This document shows, piece by piece, positions 1 to 9,383 of a DNA stretch of 64,000 nucleotides (the first letter of the stretch is position 1; each line of letters starts with the position of its first letter). Where the stretch lies: NCBI GenBank assembly GCA_963980225.1, contig CAXBYW010000004.1, forward strand, positions 13,007 through 77,006. Reading direction: 5' to 3'. The position numbers were made by a program, and so were the translations under genes. The notes beneath the pieces were generated by a model. It saw nothing but the letters and a program-made list of their open reading frames with translations, was not told the origin of the DNA and made no database searches. This DNA comes from an uncultured bacterium (GTDB taxonomy: Bacteria; Patescibacteriota; Microgenomatia; UBA1400; MFAQ01).

Positions 1-136
1 AGACGAGATAGAGGAGGAAGGCTAGAGAGCCGACCACGACGATGGTTTTCCAGAGTTGGCCGATGTAGAAGGCTAAACCGTCCCCAGGAGATTTACTTAA
101 GATGTTGGCTGGTAGAGCGTTGTTTTGGATGGCCAT
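1..136 (-). CDS. Pilin-like membrane protein, partial (runs off window start)
   Basis: Manual translation from ATG at 136: MAIQNNALPANILSKSPGDGLAFYIGQLWKTIVVVGSLAFLLYLV...; overlaps upstream stop (TAATG); same architecture as neighbours. Confidence 0.7.
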   Translation of the reverse strand, partial: MAIQNNALPANILSKSPGDGLAFYIGQLWKTIVVVGSLAFLLYLV

Positions 137-498
137 TATAGATTTAATACTGCGGCTGGATCTAAGATATTTAGCCCCAAGACGTTACTAATGATGCCGA
201 TTATAAAGTAGGAGACAACGACAACGATGAGGCCGATAGCGGCTTGGGTCATCTGTGTCTTGGATTCTTCTGCTTTGGTTTTGTCACCACCAGAGGTGAT
301 CCATTTTAAGCCACCGATAATAAAAAAGATGGCGAAGGCTAAACTAGCCACTACCGTTATGGTAGTAATAATAGAGGAGAGAAATTCGGTAAGAAGAAAG
401 CCTGTTTGAGTGCCTGCTGCTTGTTGGTATTTACCTACTCCTGAGAGAGGTTTACCAAGATCGACTGTGGCTGCTTGTGCTGATTTTATTATGCTCAT
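136..498 (-). CDS. VirB2/TrbC-like (T4SS-type) pilin
   Basis: Two hydrophobic helices flanking GGLKWITSGGDKTKAEESKTQMTQAAIG. Confidence 0.8.
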   Translation of the reverse strand: MSIIKSAQAATVDLGKPLSGVGKYQQAAGTQTGFLLTEFLSSIITTITVVASLAFAIFFIIGGLKWITSGGDKTKAEESKTQMTQAAIGLIVVVVSYFIIGIISNVLGLNILDPAAVLNL

Positions 499-501
499 AA
501 T

Positions 502-828
502 TTAATTAACGGTTTCAATTTTTGGACTTAGGATGAAGTTGGCATCATCAAAGAGAATCTTACCAGCAATAGCGGATAGTACGAAGCTTATGGCAATTAT
601 CACTAGACCGATTAAAGCATGATTTATTTTTGTTTGAGCTATTTCTACTTTGGCTTTGTCGCCACCGGCGGTAATGTAGTTAAAACCGGCTATGATCATT
701 TGCCAGAGAGAAAATATTCCGGCTAAGACTATTATGAAAGTAATGATGGCGCTTAAGAAATTTGTTGTATCGCCAACTGTGCTGGGGATACTGGCTGGGG
801 GAGTAATGGTGCCGACGATGTTGTTCAT
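502..828 (-). CDS. VirB2/TrbC-like pilin
   Basis: AGFNYITAGGDKAKVEIAQTKINHALIG motif between two TM helices. Confidence 0.8.
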   Translation of the reverse strand: MNNIVGTITPPASIPSTVGDTTNFLSAIITFIIVLAGIFSLWQMIIAGFNYITAGGDKAKVEIAQTKINHALIGLVIIAISFVLSAIAGKILFDDANFILSPKIETVN

Positions 829-829
829 A

Positions 830-1156
830 TTAGTTTGGATTAAATAAATCGATGTTTACTATTTGTCCTACTATTGTAGTAATAAGATAGGCGCTAACTA
901 CGACTGCTAAGCCTAATAATGCATAGTTTAACATACGGGCAGATTGTTCTGCTTTGGCCTTGTCACCGCTAGCGGTAATGTAGTTAAAGCCAGAGATGAT
1001 GATGGTAAAGAGGGCGATTAAAGCGCTAAAAATGAGGAGGTTTGAGATTAAAGGATTCAAGAGGGTGGAAAAGGTGGCGTTGGTGCCACCGAGTTTTTCA
1101 CCAGGAGCGTATATTTCTGACAGATCCTTGGCAAAGACGGGGTTTATTAGTGACAT
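830..1156 (-). CDS. VirB2/TrbC-like pilin
   Basis: SGFNYITASGDKAKAEQSARMLNYALLG motif. Confidence 0.8.
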   Translation of the reverse strand: MSLINPVFAKDLSEIYAPGEKLGGTNATFSTLLNPLISNLLIFSALIALFTIIISGFNYITASGDKAKAEQSARMLNYALLGLAVVVSAYLITTIVGQIVNIDLFNPN

Positions 1157-1216
1157 GAAGGATATTATAGCAATAATATAAATCTCAATGAGGAAATGAT
1201 GAGGAGAGTGCTAGAT

Positions 1217-1909
1217 TTAGTTGCCACCAAAGCGACGGTTGCGGGTGGCGAAGCTTTTTAGGGCTGTTTTTAGTTTTTCAGGGGTGAAGTCTGGGAAGAG
1301 GGTGTTGGTGAAATAGAGTTCGGAGTAGACTGATTGCCAAGGTAGATATCCAGAGAGGCGTTTGTCTCCACCGGTTCTTATGATTAGGTCGGGGTCGGGA
1401 ATACCCGAAGTATCTAAATGAGAAGAAAAGAGTTTTTCGTTGATTTTGTCAACGGGGATGTTTTCTTTAACAATCTTTTTTACGGCCCTTAGTATTTCGT
1501 TTCTACCACCGTAGTTTAAGGCGAAGGTGACGGTTATTTGAGAGTTTTTCTTTGATTGTTGGATCATCTCTAGAGATTTTTGAGCAATGTCTTTGGGGAA
1601 ACGATCTATTTCACCTAAGATTCTTAGTCTGGCTCCTTGCTTGATGAATTTTTTAGCTAGGATGTTTAGAGCGAAACGAAAGACTTTGAATAGTTCGGCA
1701 ATCTCTTTTTTGTCTCTTTTCCAGTTTTCGGTGGAAAAAGCCCAAAAGGTAACAAACGGGATTTTTTGTTTAACACACTCTTCTATTAAGGGTTCGATAA
1801 CTTGTTCGGCTGCTTGTTGGTGACCTTTAACAACAGGTAGGTTCTTTTTTTTGGCCCAACGACGATTACCGTCCATGATTATGGCCACGTGATTTAAAGG
1901 TGTTTTCAT
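1217..1909 (-). CDS. uppS: Undecaprenyl diphosphate synthase
   Basis: HVAIIMDGNRRWA, FSTENWKR, NYGGR, PDPDLIIRTGG motifs. Confidence 0.95.
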   Translation of the reverse strand: MKTPLNHVAIIMDGNRRWAKKKNLPVVKGHQQAAEQVIEPLIEECVKQKIPFVTFWAFSTENWKRDKKEIAELFKVFRFALNILAKKFIKQGARLRILGEIDRFPKDIAQKSLEMIQQSKKNSQITVTFALNYGGRNEILRAVKKIVKENIPVDKINEKLFSSHLDTSGIPDPDLIIRTGGDKRLSGYLPWQSVYSELYFTNTLFPDFTPEKLKTALKSFATRNRRFGGN

Positions 1910-1922
1910 GAAAGGTATTTTA

Positions 1923-2255
1923 TCAGATCAATGGGTCAGCCTGGAAGCCTATGATTGTAGAGACCACTCTGACTATGAGGAAACTGGCAATGACAACTAT
2001 AATACCAACAAGTCCGTTCATGAGTCTGTTGGAAGCAGCAGCGGTTTTTTTTGGATCTCCGGATGAGAACATGTAGCTCCAACCAGCAAGAAGGGTGTTT
2101 ACAAAAAAAGCCATACCAGCAACGAAGATTAAAAGATTGATGATGGAGAAACTGGTGCCTGCTCCACCCTTATTAGTAAAGATGTCTGCCAAGCTACTGT
2201 CTACAGGAATGTTTGTGGCTGGGTTTTGGTTTTTGATGGTGTCTATTATTGACAT
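1923..2255 (-). CDS. VirB2/TrbC-like pilin
   Basis: AGWSYMFSSGDPKKTAAASNRLMNGLVG motif. Confidence 0.8.
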   Translation of the reverse strand: MSIIDTIKNQNPATNIPVDSSLADIFTNKGGAGTSFSIINLLIFVAGMAFFVNTLLAGWSYMFSSGDPKKTAAASNRLMNGLVGIIVVIASFLIVRVVSTIIGFQADPLI

Positions 2256-2263
2256 ATGTTTTT

Positions 2264-2605
2264 TTAAAAACCTGGAATACTTAGTATTTTAACACCGATT
2301 AAGTTTAGGAGAACGATAGAGAGGATGATGAACAAAAGACCGGAGACGGCAGAGCCAATAATTTCTTTACCTTGGTTTAGTTTGTCTGGGTTGCCAGCGG
2401 AAGTAGTAACGATAAAAGTGCCGAAAAGAATAAGAAGTAAGGCAATACCACCACCTAAACCTATGGCTAGTTCTAAGAAACTACCAACAAAACCACCAGA
2501 TGCTACATCTGTGGAGATACAACCTAGGGCGGTGTCGATACCTTTGTCTCCACTAGGAGTGATACATTGAGGGGAAGCGGCGTAGACAGACTTTATTAAA
2601 CTCAT
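2264..2605 (-). CDS. VirB2/TrbC-like pilin with N-terminal Cys pair
   Basis: TTSAGNPDKLNQGKEIIGSAVSG motif; two Cys in the N-terminal region. Confidence 0.8.
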   Translation of the reverse strand: MSLIKSVYAASPQCITPSGDKGIDTALGCISTDVASGGFVGSFLELAIGLGGGIALLLILFGTFIVTTSAGNPDKLNQGKEIIGSAVSGLLFIILSIVLLNLIGVKILSIPGF

Positions 2606-2650
2606 GAAGGTTATTATACAAGCAATGGTTTAAAATTGGTGGTAGATATT

Positions 2651-4375
2651 ATGAAGAAGATATTGGGGGTGGCACTATTGGTGGGGATGATGCTGGGGAT
2701 GATGGGAGTGGTGAAGGCAGATGGTTGTGAAGGGAAGACGGGAGAGCCCTTATACACTTGTTTGGGGGAGGAGATATCAAGATTGAGTAGAGATTTGCAG
2801 TTAAGTAGAGATGCAACTAGTCCCTTGGAGACAGAAGCGTCTAGATTAGGAACACAAATTAGTTCCATTCAGTATCAGATTAATCAGGCAAAGGTAAAAC
2901 AAACAGAATTGGCTGCAGGGATTAGTGAAAGAGAGTACCTTTTAAGTGAGCAGTATTTAGTGTTGGCTGAGAAAACAAAGGCTTTTTACAAGAGAATTAG
3001 AAGTAGCTCTACTTTAGCGATGTTGATGACGTCTGTGGGGACCGGGTCGTTGAGTAGGGAGTTTAATTACAGGAATGAAGCAAATGAAAGAGACAGGCAG
3101 ATTATTGTTCGGTTGTCTAGTGAGATTGGGCAGTTAGAGAGTGATAAGCAGGATCTGGAAATTCAAAGAGAGAAGTTGTCTGGGCTTCAAGCAAGCTTAG
3201 ACAAGCAGAAGAGTTTTTATGATGGGGAGATAGGTAAGGCTAAGGCGTATCAAACAGACTTGTCGGGTAAGATTGCAGCTCTGTCTGCTAAACAACAAGA
3301 AGTGTTGGGAGAGAAGAGTGGGACCTTCCAGACAACTGTAGGTGATGTGCCTTTAGCGGATGACCCTAATTCCAGACCGGATTACAATCCTGGATTTTCA
3401 CCAGCGTTTGCGGCTTTTTCTTTTGGAGCACCACATTTTAAGGGTATGAGTCAGTATGGGGCGTTTGGTAGAGCAAAGGATGGTCAAAGTTATGAAGATA
3501 TTTTACGAGCATATTATGGAGGAGGAATAGAGATAAGGAGTGTGGACGTAAACACAAAGATAACTGTTGATGGTTATGGGAGCTATTCAATTGATGATTA
3601 TGCGAAACGAATTTATGAAGTGCCGGGTAGTTGGGGGGATGAGGGAGGAATGGCTGCTTTAGAGGCTCAGGCAATTGCGGCTAGAAGTTATGCTTTAGCT
3701 AGGGGTGGTTCGATTTGTGCGACTGAGGCTTGTCAGGTGTTTAAACCTAACCCTAAAGGAGGTAACTGGGAGACGGCGGTAAACAATACGAGTGGTAAGG
3801 TTGTGTACGCTAATGGTTCTCCTCTGTCTACTTGGTATGCTTCAACGAGTGGAGGATACCAAGAGTCCTATACCTCTAATGGTTACAGCACTCCTGGGTT
3901 TTGGGATACTAGTAATGGTAGAGATGGTTGGACAAGTGAAGCTTATGAAAAGAAAGCTGGAAGCCCTTGGTTTTATAAAGGGTGGTATAAGACAAGGTCT
4001 GGGGATAGTTGTGGCAGATCTCATCCTTGGTTAACAGGTGAGGAGATGGCAGATGTTTTAAATGCTTGGGTGGTGGTGGTAAAGAGAGGAGAGAGTGATG
4101 ATAGGGTTTTACCTTTAGGTGGTTGTTGGGGAGGTAATCCATATAGTGTGAGTGAGATGAAGGATAAGGCAAATAGTTCTGGGGAGGGCTATTCAAATGT
4201 TACGGGAGTAGTAAGAGTAGATTACTCTAATAGTGGGTATACACAAACTGTGGTTTTTGGAACAGACAGAGGTGAAGTAAGTATTAATGGTTTGGAGTTT
4301 AAGAAAGCATTTAATTTAAGAGCGCCAGGTAGGATTGCCTTGAAATCTGGGTTATTAAATATAGAGCAAAAGTAA
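2651..4375 (+). CDS. Secreted coiled-coil + SpoIID/LytB-domain peptidoglycan-remodelling protein
   Basis: Signal peptide, long coiled coil, GMSQYGA, ALEAQAIAARSYA, CQVF motifs. Confidence 0.8.
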   Translation: MKKILGVALLVGMMLGMMGVVKADGCEGKTGEPLYTCLGEEISRLSRDLQLSRDATSPLETEASRLGTQISSIQYQINQAKVKQTELAAGISEREYLLSEQYLVLAEKTKAFYKRIRSSSTLAMLMTSVGTGSLSREFNYRNEANERDRQIIVRLSSEIGQLESDKQDLEIQREKLSGLQASLDKQKSFYDGEIGKAKAYQTDLSGKIAALSAKQQEVLGEKSGTFQTTVGDVPLADDPNSRPDYNPGFSPAFAAFSFGAPHFKGMSQYGAFGRAKDGQSYEDILRAYYGGGIEIRSVDVNTKITVDGYGSYSIDDYAKRIYEVPGSWGDEGGMAALEAQAIAARSYALARGGSICATEACQVFKPNPKGGNWETAVNNTSGKVVYANGSPLSTWYASTSGGYQESYTSNGYSTPGFWDTSNGRDGWTSEAYEKKAGSPWFYKGWYKTRSGDSCGRSHPWLTGEEMADVLNAWVVVVKRGESDDRVLPLGGCWGGNPYSVSEMKDKANSSGEGYSNVTGVVRVDYSNSGYTQTVVFGTDRGEVSINGLEFKKAFNLRAPGRIALKSGLLNIEQK

Positions 4376-4392
4376 TTTGATAGAATATAGAT

Positions 4393-5091
4393 ATGCCTAG
4401 AGTATATTCAGCAAAAAAGAAGGTGGCTAAAAAGAAGGTGGCTAAAAAGAAAACAGACTCACGAGTAGTTGAGGAGATAAAGTTGATGTGTGATGAGGGA
4501 ATGGATAAGGGTCTTTGGAAGAATCTAGTAGTGTGTCCTAAAAAAACTAGTTTTGAGTCACAGCACAGTAAGGAAATAATACTGATAATGGCCAGGAAAC
4601 ATATCGCTACGAATATTGGCTGGCTGTTGTTGGTTTTTGTGTTGTCCTTTGTGCCTATGTTTTGGGGAGATTTTCCTTTAGTTGCTTTAGTTAGTGAAGG
4701 AGTAAGGTTTGGGCTTTTTACTTTATGGTACTTAGCGCTTTTGTTGTTTGTTTTTCAGAAGATACTTTTATGGTTTTACAACATATATATAATTACGGAT
4801 GAGAGAATAATAGATGTCGACTTCTTTGGGCTTTTGTACAAAAATATCAACGTGACTCAGATTAGAAAAGTAGAGGATGTTAATTACTCTCAGGTTGGTT
4901 TGATGTCTAGTATTTTTAACTTTGGAGATATAGTAATACAGACGGCCTCTGAGCAGATGTCTGATGATAGAAATGAAGAACAGTCGGCATTTACTTTTCA
5001 GGCTATTTCTAGACCAAACAGAGTGGCTAGAGTAGTGATGCAGTTAATGGAACAAGAAGAAAAAGAGTCTTATGAAGGGAGGGTAAGATAA
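4393..5091 (+). CDS. Membrane protein with bacterial PH (bPH_2-like) domain
   Basis: 2 TM then YIITDERIID...FNFGDIVIQTA. Confidence 0.7.
   Translation: MPRVYSAKKKVAKKKVAKKKTDSRVVEEIKLMCDEGMDKGLWKNLVVCPKKTSFESQHSKEIILIMARKHIATNIGWLLLVFVLSFVPMFWGDFPLVALVSEGVRFGLFTLWYLALLLFVFQKILLWFYNIYIITDERIIDVDFFGLLYKNINVTQIRKVEDVNYSQVGLMSSIFNFGDIVIQTASEQMSDDRNEEQSAFTFQAISRPNRVARVVMQLMEQEEKESYEGRVR
4411..4452 (+). repeat. 15-nt tandem repeat encoding AKKKV
   Basis: gcaaaaaagaaggtg gctaaaaagaaggtg gctaaaaagaaa. Confidence 0.7.
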
Positions 5092-5315
5092 TGGAGTTTT
5101 TACCAGGAATAGACATAGGATTGAGTGAGGTAGTAGGGGTGATGGTAAAGACGGTGTTGGTCCTTATCACTTTACTGTCTTTAGTAATTGTTAGGCAGAC
5201 TAGCTTGATGCATAAAGTGGTAAGTGTTCATATTGGTGGAAACATTAAGACAATGGCCTTTGTGTTTTTTGTGATTAGTTTGGTTTTAACTGGTATAGTT
5301 ATATTAGTTAGCTAA
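5091..5315 (+). CDS. Small two-TM hypothetical protein
   Basis: Hydrophobic ORF translationally coupled (TAATG) to upstream gene. Confidence 0.7.
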   Translation: MEFLPGIDIGLSEVVGVMVKTVLVLITLLSLVIVRQTSLMHKVVSVHIGGNIKTMAFVFFVISLVLTGIVILVS

Positions 5316-5332
5316 CTAATAATCAGTGCAAG

Positions 5333-7189
5333 ATGAGTAGTTTTTTAGGAGTGGATTTTTTCAGGATCGTAAATGAAGGATTGGTAGACGATTGGGCTCA
5401 AGTCTATGCAAAGGTGCCTTTTGAGGAGGAAGAGTTGTCTGAAAAGGGAGCACTGTTTGGAGTTTTAAGAATAAAGGGTGGGGCAAAACTTGTAAGTAAA
5501 GGCTCAGATATCTTTTTATGGTTGGATGAGTATTTTAACAAGGTCCATCAAAAAGGAGATTTACGTGGTTTAGTAGAAGGTCTTTTGAAAGTGAATGATA
5601 AGTTGCAGGCAGCTTGGGCATGGGTGATAGTAGATGAAGAAACAGGAGAAAGAGTGGTAAAGACGGCGGCTTTAAATGGTGGTCGAGTGGTAATTGTTAG
5701 AAAAGGACAGCAAGTGGTACTTTCCGGGAATGATGATAAAGACAAGGTGGTGGTAGGTAGTTTGAGCTTGGGAGACAGATTAGGATTAGGGGTTGGAGGA
5801 ATGGTAGATAAGCTTGCGGGATTGAAGGATAAGGGTGGTTTGGGTGAAGTGTTTGAATCCTTAAATAAACAAATAGAAAAAGAAACAGAAAGAGCTGTGG
5901 CGGGATTGTTGTTGGAGGTTAAGAAAAAAGAACAAGAAAGTGTAGTAGTTAGTCCCACATCAGAGGAGATTGTTCCGAGTTCGCCGGTGAATGATAATTT
6001 AGAGGTGGTAAGTGAGAGTAAAGTAGTGGGTCCGGATGGACTGAAGAAAAGGTTAGTTGGGTATTACTTAAAAAACTTTAGTAAAAAGAAAAAAATAGAG
6101 ATAAGAGAAGAGAAAAAGAAAAACGACAAAGTATTATGGTTGGGAATAGTATTTTTGGTTTTGTTTTTAGTAAGTGTTGTGGGAGGAGTAATTAAAAGTA
6201 GAAGTCAAAATGTGATGGCCAGTTGGCAGAGCGAACTTAGTTCTTGGCAAAAAAGGGAGGAAGAAGCTAAGTCTTTAGTACAAATTAACCCTGCGGGAGC
6301 AAGAAAACTATTGAGTGAGATAAAAGAAGAAGTTTTAGAGGCAGAAAGTGTTTGGGTGGAAACTAAGTACAAGAAAGAGTGGGAGGATTACAAACTTAAG
6401 TTAGATGAGAGTTGGATAGAGGTTTCTGGGGAAAGAAAGGTTGACCCCAAACTGTTCTTGGTGTTGAGTCTGGTAAGGTCTAATTTGGTGGGAAGTAGGC
6501 TGATAAATCATGAAGACGGAATTGGTTTGCTTGACATAGATGAGGGCTTATTAGTAAGGATTGGATTGGAAGACAAAAAAGCGGAAGTGGTTGATAGTGA
6601 TAGTGATAAAAAATGGAAGGCGGTTGGGGGAGATGGTGAGAATGCTGTGTTTTTAAGCGATAGTGGTCTGAGCTTATTGGGTGAAGAGGAGGTGAGGTTT
6701 GATGCTACAGTGGCAAATCCAGTGGAGGTAGAGGTATTTGGAACTGGAATTTATGTGTTGGATGATGGGACTGGTGAGGTGTGGAAGTTTAGCTTATTAG
6801 GTGGAGAGATACAGGACAGGAGAAGATGGCTCCAGCCTGAAGAGGAAATAGGAGTAAGTGAGTTGGTGGACTTAGATATAGATGGGGATATTTGGGTTTT
6901 GGGTAAAAAAGGTGAGATAAGTAGACTGAGAAGAGGTAGTAGGGAGAGATACGCTTTGGAGGGAAAACCAGATAACTTAGTAGGAGATAGATTGGCTGTG
7001 CAGCTTGATGGAGAAGAGATGGCAATTCTTGATGTGTCTAGTTCTAGAATAGTAGTTTTTAATAAGGAGTCGGGGGAGTATTCACACCAGTTGATTTGGA
7101 GTGGTTTTTCTGAAAGCAAAGACATTTTATATACAGATGATGGACGGTTAATGGTGTTGTCTGGAGGTAAGTTGTACTGGGTAGAGTAA
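5333..7189 (+). CDS. Single-pass membrane protein with probable C-terminal beta-propeller
   Basis: Central TM (VLWLGIVFLVLFLVSVVGG); NHL/propeller-like repeats (IYVLD, DGDIWVL). Confidence 0.65.
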   Translation: MSSFLGVDFFRIVNEGLVDDWAQVYAKVPFEEEELSEKGALFGVLRIKGGAKLVSKGSDIFLWLDEYFNKVHQKGDLRGLVEGLLKVNDKLQAAWAWVIVDEETGERVVKTAALNGGRVVIVRKGQQVVLSGNDDKDKVVVGSLSLGDRLGLGVGGMVDKLAGLKDKGGLGEVFESLNKQIEKETERAVAGLLLEVKKKEQESVVVSPTSEEIVPSSPVNDNLEVVSESKVVGPDGLKKRLVGYYLKNFSKKKKIEIREEKKKNDKVLWLGIVFLVLFLVSVVGGVIKSRSQNVMASWQSELSSWQKREEEAKSLVQINPAGARKLLSEIKEEVLEAESVWVETKYKKEWEDYKLKLDESWIEVSGERKVDPKLFLVLSLVRSNLVGSRLINHEDGIGLLDIDEGLLVRIGLEDKKAEVVDSDSDKKWKAVGGDGENAVFLSDSGLSLLGEEEVRFDATVANPVEVEVFGTGIYVLDDGTGEVWKFSLLGGEIQDRRRWLQPEEEIGVSELVDLDIDGDIWVLGKKGEISRLRRGSRERYALEGKPDNLVGDRLAVQLDGEEMAILDVSSSRIVVFNKESGEYSHQLIWSGFSESKDILYTDDGRLMVLSGGKLYWVE

Positions 7190-7198
7190 AATAGGGGA

Positions 7199-7636
7199 AT
7201 GAGGTTGGTAAACAGAAAAGCAAAAAGAGATTATGAGATTGTAGAAAGCTTGGAAGCTGGAGTAGTGTTGACTGGTAGTGAAGTGAAAAGTTTGAGGGTG
7301 GGACAAGGTAATTTGTTGGGTTCTAGAGTGATACTTAGAGATGGTGAGGTTTGGTTGAGTGGTTTTTCCATACCAAGGTATAGATTTGATGGTAGGGAGG
7401 ATGAATATGATCCTGATAGGATTAAAAAATTGTTGATAAAACAAGCAGAAAAACGACGTTTGGAGGTAAAATCCAAGAGTGGAGGTTTGACCATGATACC
7501 TCTGTCGGTGTATAATAAGCGAGGATTGATAAAAGTGGAGATAGGTTTGGTAAGAGGAAAGAAAAAATATGAAAAACGAGAGGTCCTTAAGAAAAGGAAA
7601 CAAAAAAGAGACCTGTCCAGAAGATTTAAAACTTAA
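7199..7636 (+). CDS. smpB: SsrA-binding protein
   Basis: NRKAKRDY, EAGVVLTGSEVKSLR, GKKKYEKRE; tmRNA nearby. Confidence 0.95.
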   Translation: MRLVNRKAKRDYEIVESLEAGVVLTGSEVKSLRVGQGNLLGSRVILRDGEVWLSGFSIPRYRFDGREDEYDPDRIKKLLIKQAEKRRLEVKSKSGGLTMIPLSVYNKRGLIKVEIGLVRGKKKYEKREVLKKRKQKRDLSRRFKT

Positions 7637-7650
7637 ATAGATAGAAAGAA

Positions 7651-7899
7651 ATGAAAATGAATATATTTTGGGATAAAGCTATGCCTGTTGCAGTATCTGG
7701 TTACTCTTGGGGTGAAGAGATCTGTAAGTTAAAAACTCAGAAGGCATGGAAGGCAAGTCTTAAACCTAAATTAAAGAAAATGGATAAGGGTGAGTTTGAT
7801 CTTTTTTTGGCGGCAGTGGTAATGGAAGCGGCTAAGAAGCAGGTAATGGGAGTAGATTTGACCGAAAAAGTGGAAATGTTTAGAGAACTTAGAAAGTAA
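7651..7899 (+). CDS. Hypothetical protein
   Basis: Fills the gap between smpB and tmRNA with host-like codon use. Confidence 0.6.
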   Translation: MKMNIFWDKAMPVAVSGYSWGEEICKLKTQKAWKASLKPKLKKMDKGEFDLFLAAVVMEAAKKQVMGVDLTEKVEMFRELRK

Positions 7900-7944
7900 T
7901 TTTACTTGATTTTTCAGGCTATTTTTGATATATTCTCTAATATT

Positions 7945-8349
7945 GGGGACGAAAGGTTTCGATGGAATAAGTACATTGACAGTGGCAAGCCGAGTCTTAG
8001 GACAAACTCGTTAATACTGACCTAAAAAATAACTGTCAACGAAGAGAAGACAGACAGCGTTATCGCTACAGCTCCAGTTTTTGCTGGTGTTGAAACCGGT
8101 CTCGCTCCCGCTTACCTTTTTGCGTAATCGGGTGTTTCTAGATGGTCTTTCTTTTAGGGATCGCTAGAGGCAGGTACAAACTTTAAGATGCTTTATTTTT
8201 GTTTAATTTAGGCAAAGATAAAAAAGACTTCTAAATTAACTTAAAACTGATTTTGTTTGTGGGTAGGTTTTGAGGAAAATACACAAACTAAGCTTGTAGA
8301 CATTGTTATTTATTTATTGCAGACGTGGGTTCGAATCCCACCGTCTCCA
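7945..8349 (+). ncRNA. ssrA: tmRNA
   Basis: 5' GGGGACG pairs with 3' CGTCTCC-A (G3.U Ala identity); T-arm GTGGGTTCGAATCCCAC; tag ORF 8035-8127. Confidence 0.93.
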
Positions 8350-8378
8350 CAAAGGTAAATGGTAAAATATTTTATGTT

Positions 8379-8464
8379 GGAGGGTTGGCCGAGTGGTTAT
8401 GGCGCTGGTTTTGAAAACCAGTGAGCGCAAGCTCTCACAGGTTCGAATCCTGTACCCTCCGCCA
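8379..8464 (+). tRNA. tRNA-Ser(UGA)
   Basis: CTGGT-TT TGA AA-ACCAG; long variable arm; G73; encoded CCA. Confidence 0.95.
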
Positions 8465-8488
8465 GAGGCTGGTATAATTCGTTGTATT

Positions 8489-8576
8489 GGAGGCGTCGCA
8501 TAGTCTGGTCAATTGCACAAGATTGCTAATCTTGAACCTTCGGGTTACGTGGGTTCGAATCCCACCGCCTCCGCCA
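8489..8576 (+). tRNA. tRNA-Ser(GCU)
   Basis: CAAGA-TT GCT AA-TCTTG; long variable arm; encoded CCA. Confidence 0.95.
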
Positions 8577-8600
8577 TTTTGCTTGTGCTAAACTTTATCT

Positions 8601-9128
8601 GTGAGTAATAAAGATGCGGTAGCTAGAGAGCCAGTAGATGAAATGGATATTGGAGAAGAGAAGGTGCTTCATACCTGGAAGTCTGTAGAGAGACCGTTTA
8701 AGAAATGGAATAAGGAGTTTTATAGTACGGTGATGGTTTTTGCTGTTTTGGTGAGTATAATTTTCTTTTTCATAGAAGGATTTATGTTGGTATTAGTAGT
8801 CTGGGCGGTGGTGTTTATGGCTTGGGCGATATCTAGGACAGAGCCGGGTATTAGGGAACATAAGATTACAGATAAAGGAATTAGGACAGGAGGAACACTT
8901 TATAGATGGGATACGATGTTGGTTTACTGGTTAGAGGAGAAATGGGACAAGAAACTTTTGAGAGTACTTTTAAGCAAGTTTCCAGGCCAGTTAGTGTTGG
9001 TTTATGATCAGAAAGAAGAAAAAAAGATTAGAGAAATCATGAGTAAGTTTTTGGCTTTAGAGAAACCGGAGGCTACATGGACTGATAGAGTAGTGAAGTG
9101 GTTTGGTGAAAAGGTGCCTTTAGAGTAG
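8601..9128 (+). CDS. Hypothetical two-TM membrane protein
   Basis: 2 TM plus ITDKGI PH-like tail; GTG start 6 nt after TAAACT. Confidence 0.7.
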   Translation: MSNKDAVAREPVDEMDIGEEKVLHTWKSVERPFKKWNKEFYSTVMVFAVLVSIIFFFIEGFMLVLVVWAVVFMAWAISRTEPGIREHKITDKGIRTGGTLYRWDTMLVYWLEEKWDKKLLRVLLSKFPGQLVLVYDQKEEKKIREIMSKFLALEKPEATWTDRVVKWFGEKVPLE

Positions 9129-9151
9129 TTTCAAGGTAAAATATTGGGCAT

Positions 9152-9224
9152 GCGCCCATAGCTTAATGGATAGAGCACTTGATTGCGGATCAAGAGGTTA
9201 CAAGTTCGAGTCTTGTTGGGCGCA
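9152..9224 (+). tRNA. tRNA-Arg(GCG)
   Basis: CTTGA-TT GCG GA-TCAAG; GCGCCCA/TGGGCGC acceptor stem. Confidence 0.92.
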
Positions 9225-9236
9225 CAATAAAGGCAA

Positions 9237-9321
9237 GGAGGGTTGGCCGAGTGGTCTATGGCGTTGGTTTCGAAAACCAATGGGTGTTAAGCCCGCACAG
9301 GTTCGAATCCTGTACCCTCCG
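9237..9321 (+). tRNA. tRNA-Ser(CGA)
   Basis: TTGGT-TT CGA AA-ACCAA; ends near-identical to tRNA-Ser(UGA). Confidence 0.95.
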
Positions 9322-9344
9322 CAGTATTTACTTGCAATCTTGAT

Positions 9345-9373
9345 TTGACACAATCTTCGGGTTTTGTTAGACT
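9345..9373 (+). promoter_or_regulatory. sigma70-type promoter of LAGLIDADG gene
   Basis: TTGACA-17 nt-TAGACT, ending 10 nt before ATG 9384. Confidence 0.6.
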
Positions 9374-9383
9374 AAATATAGGT

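Noticed and set aside
9166-9348. 60-aa ORF
   Set aside because: Lies over tRNA-Arg and tRNA-Ser; spurious
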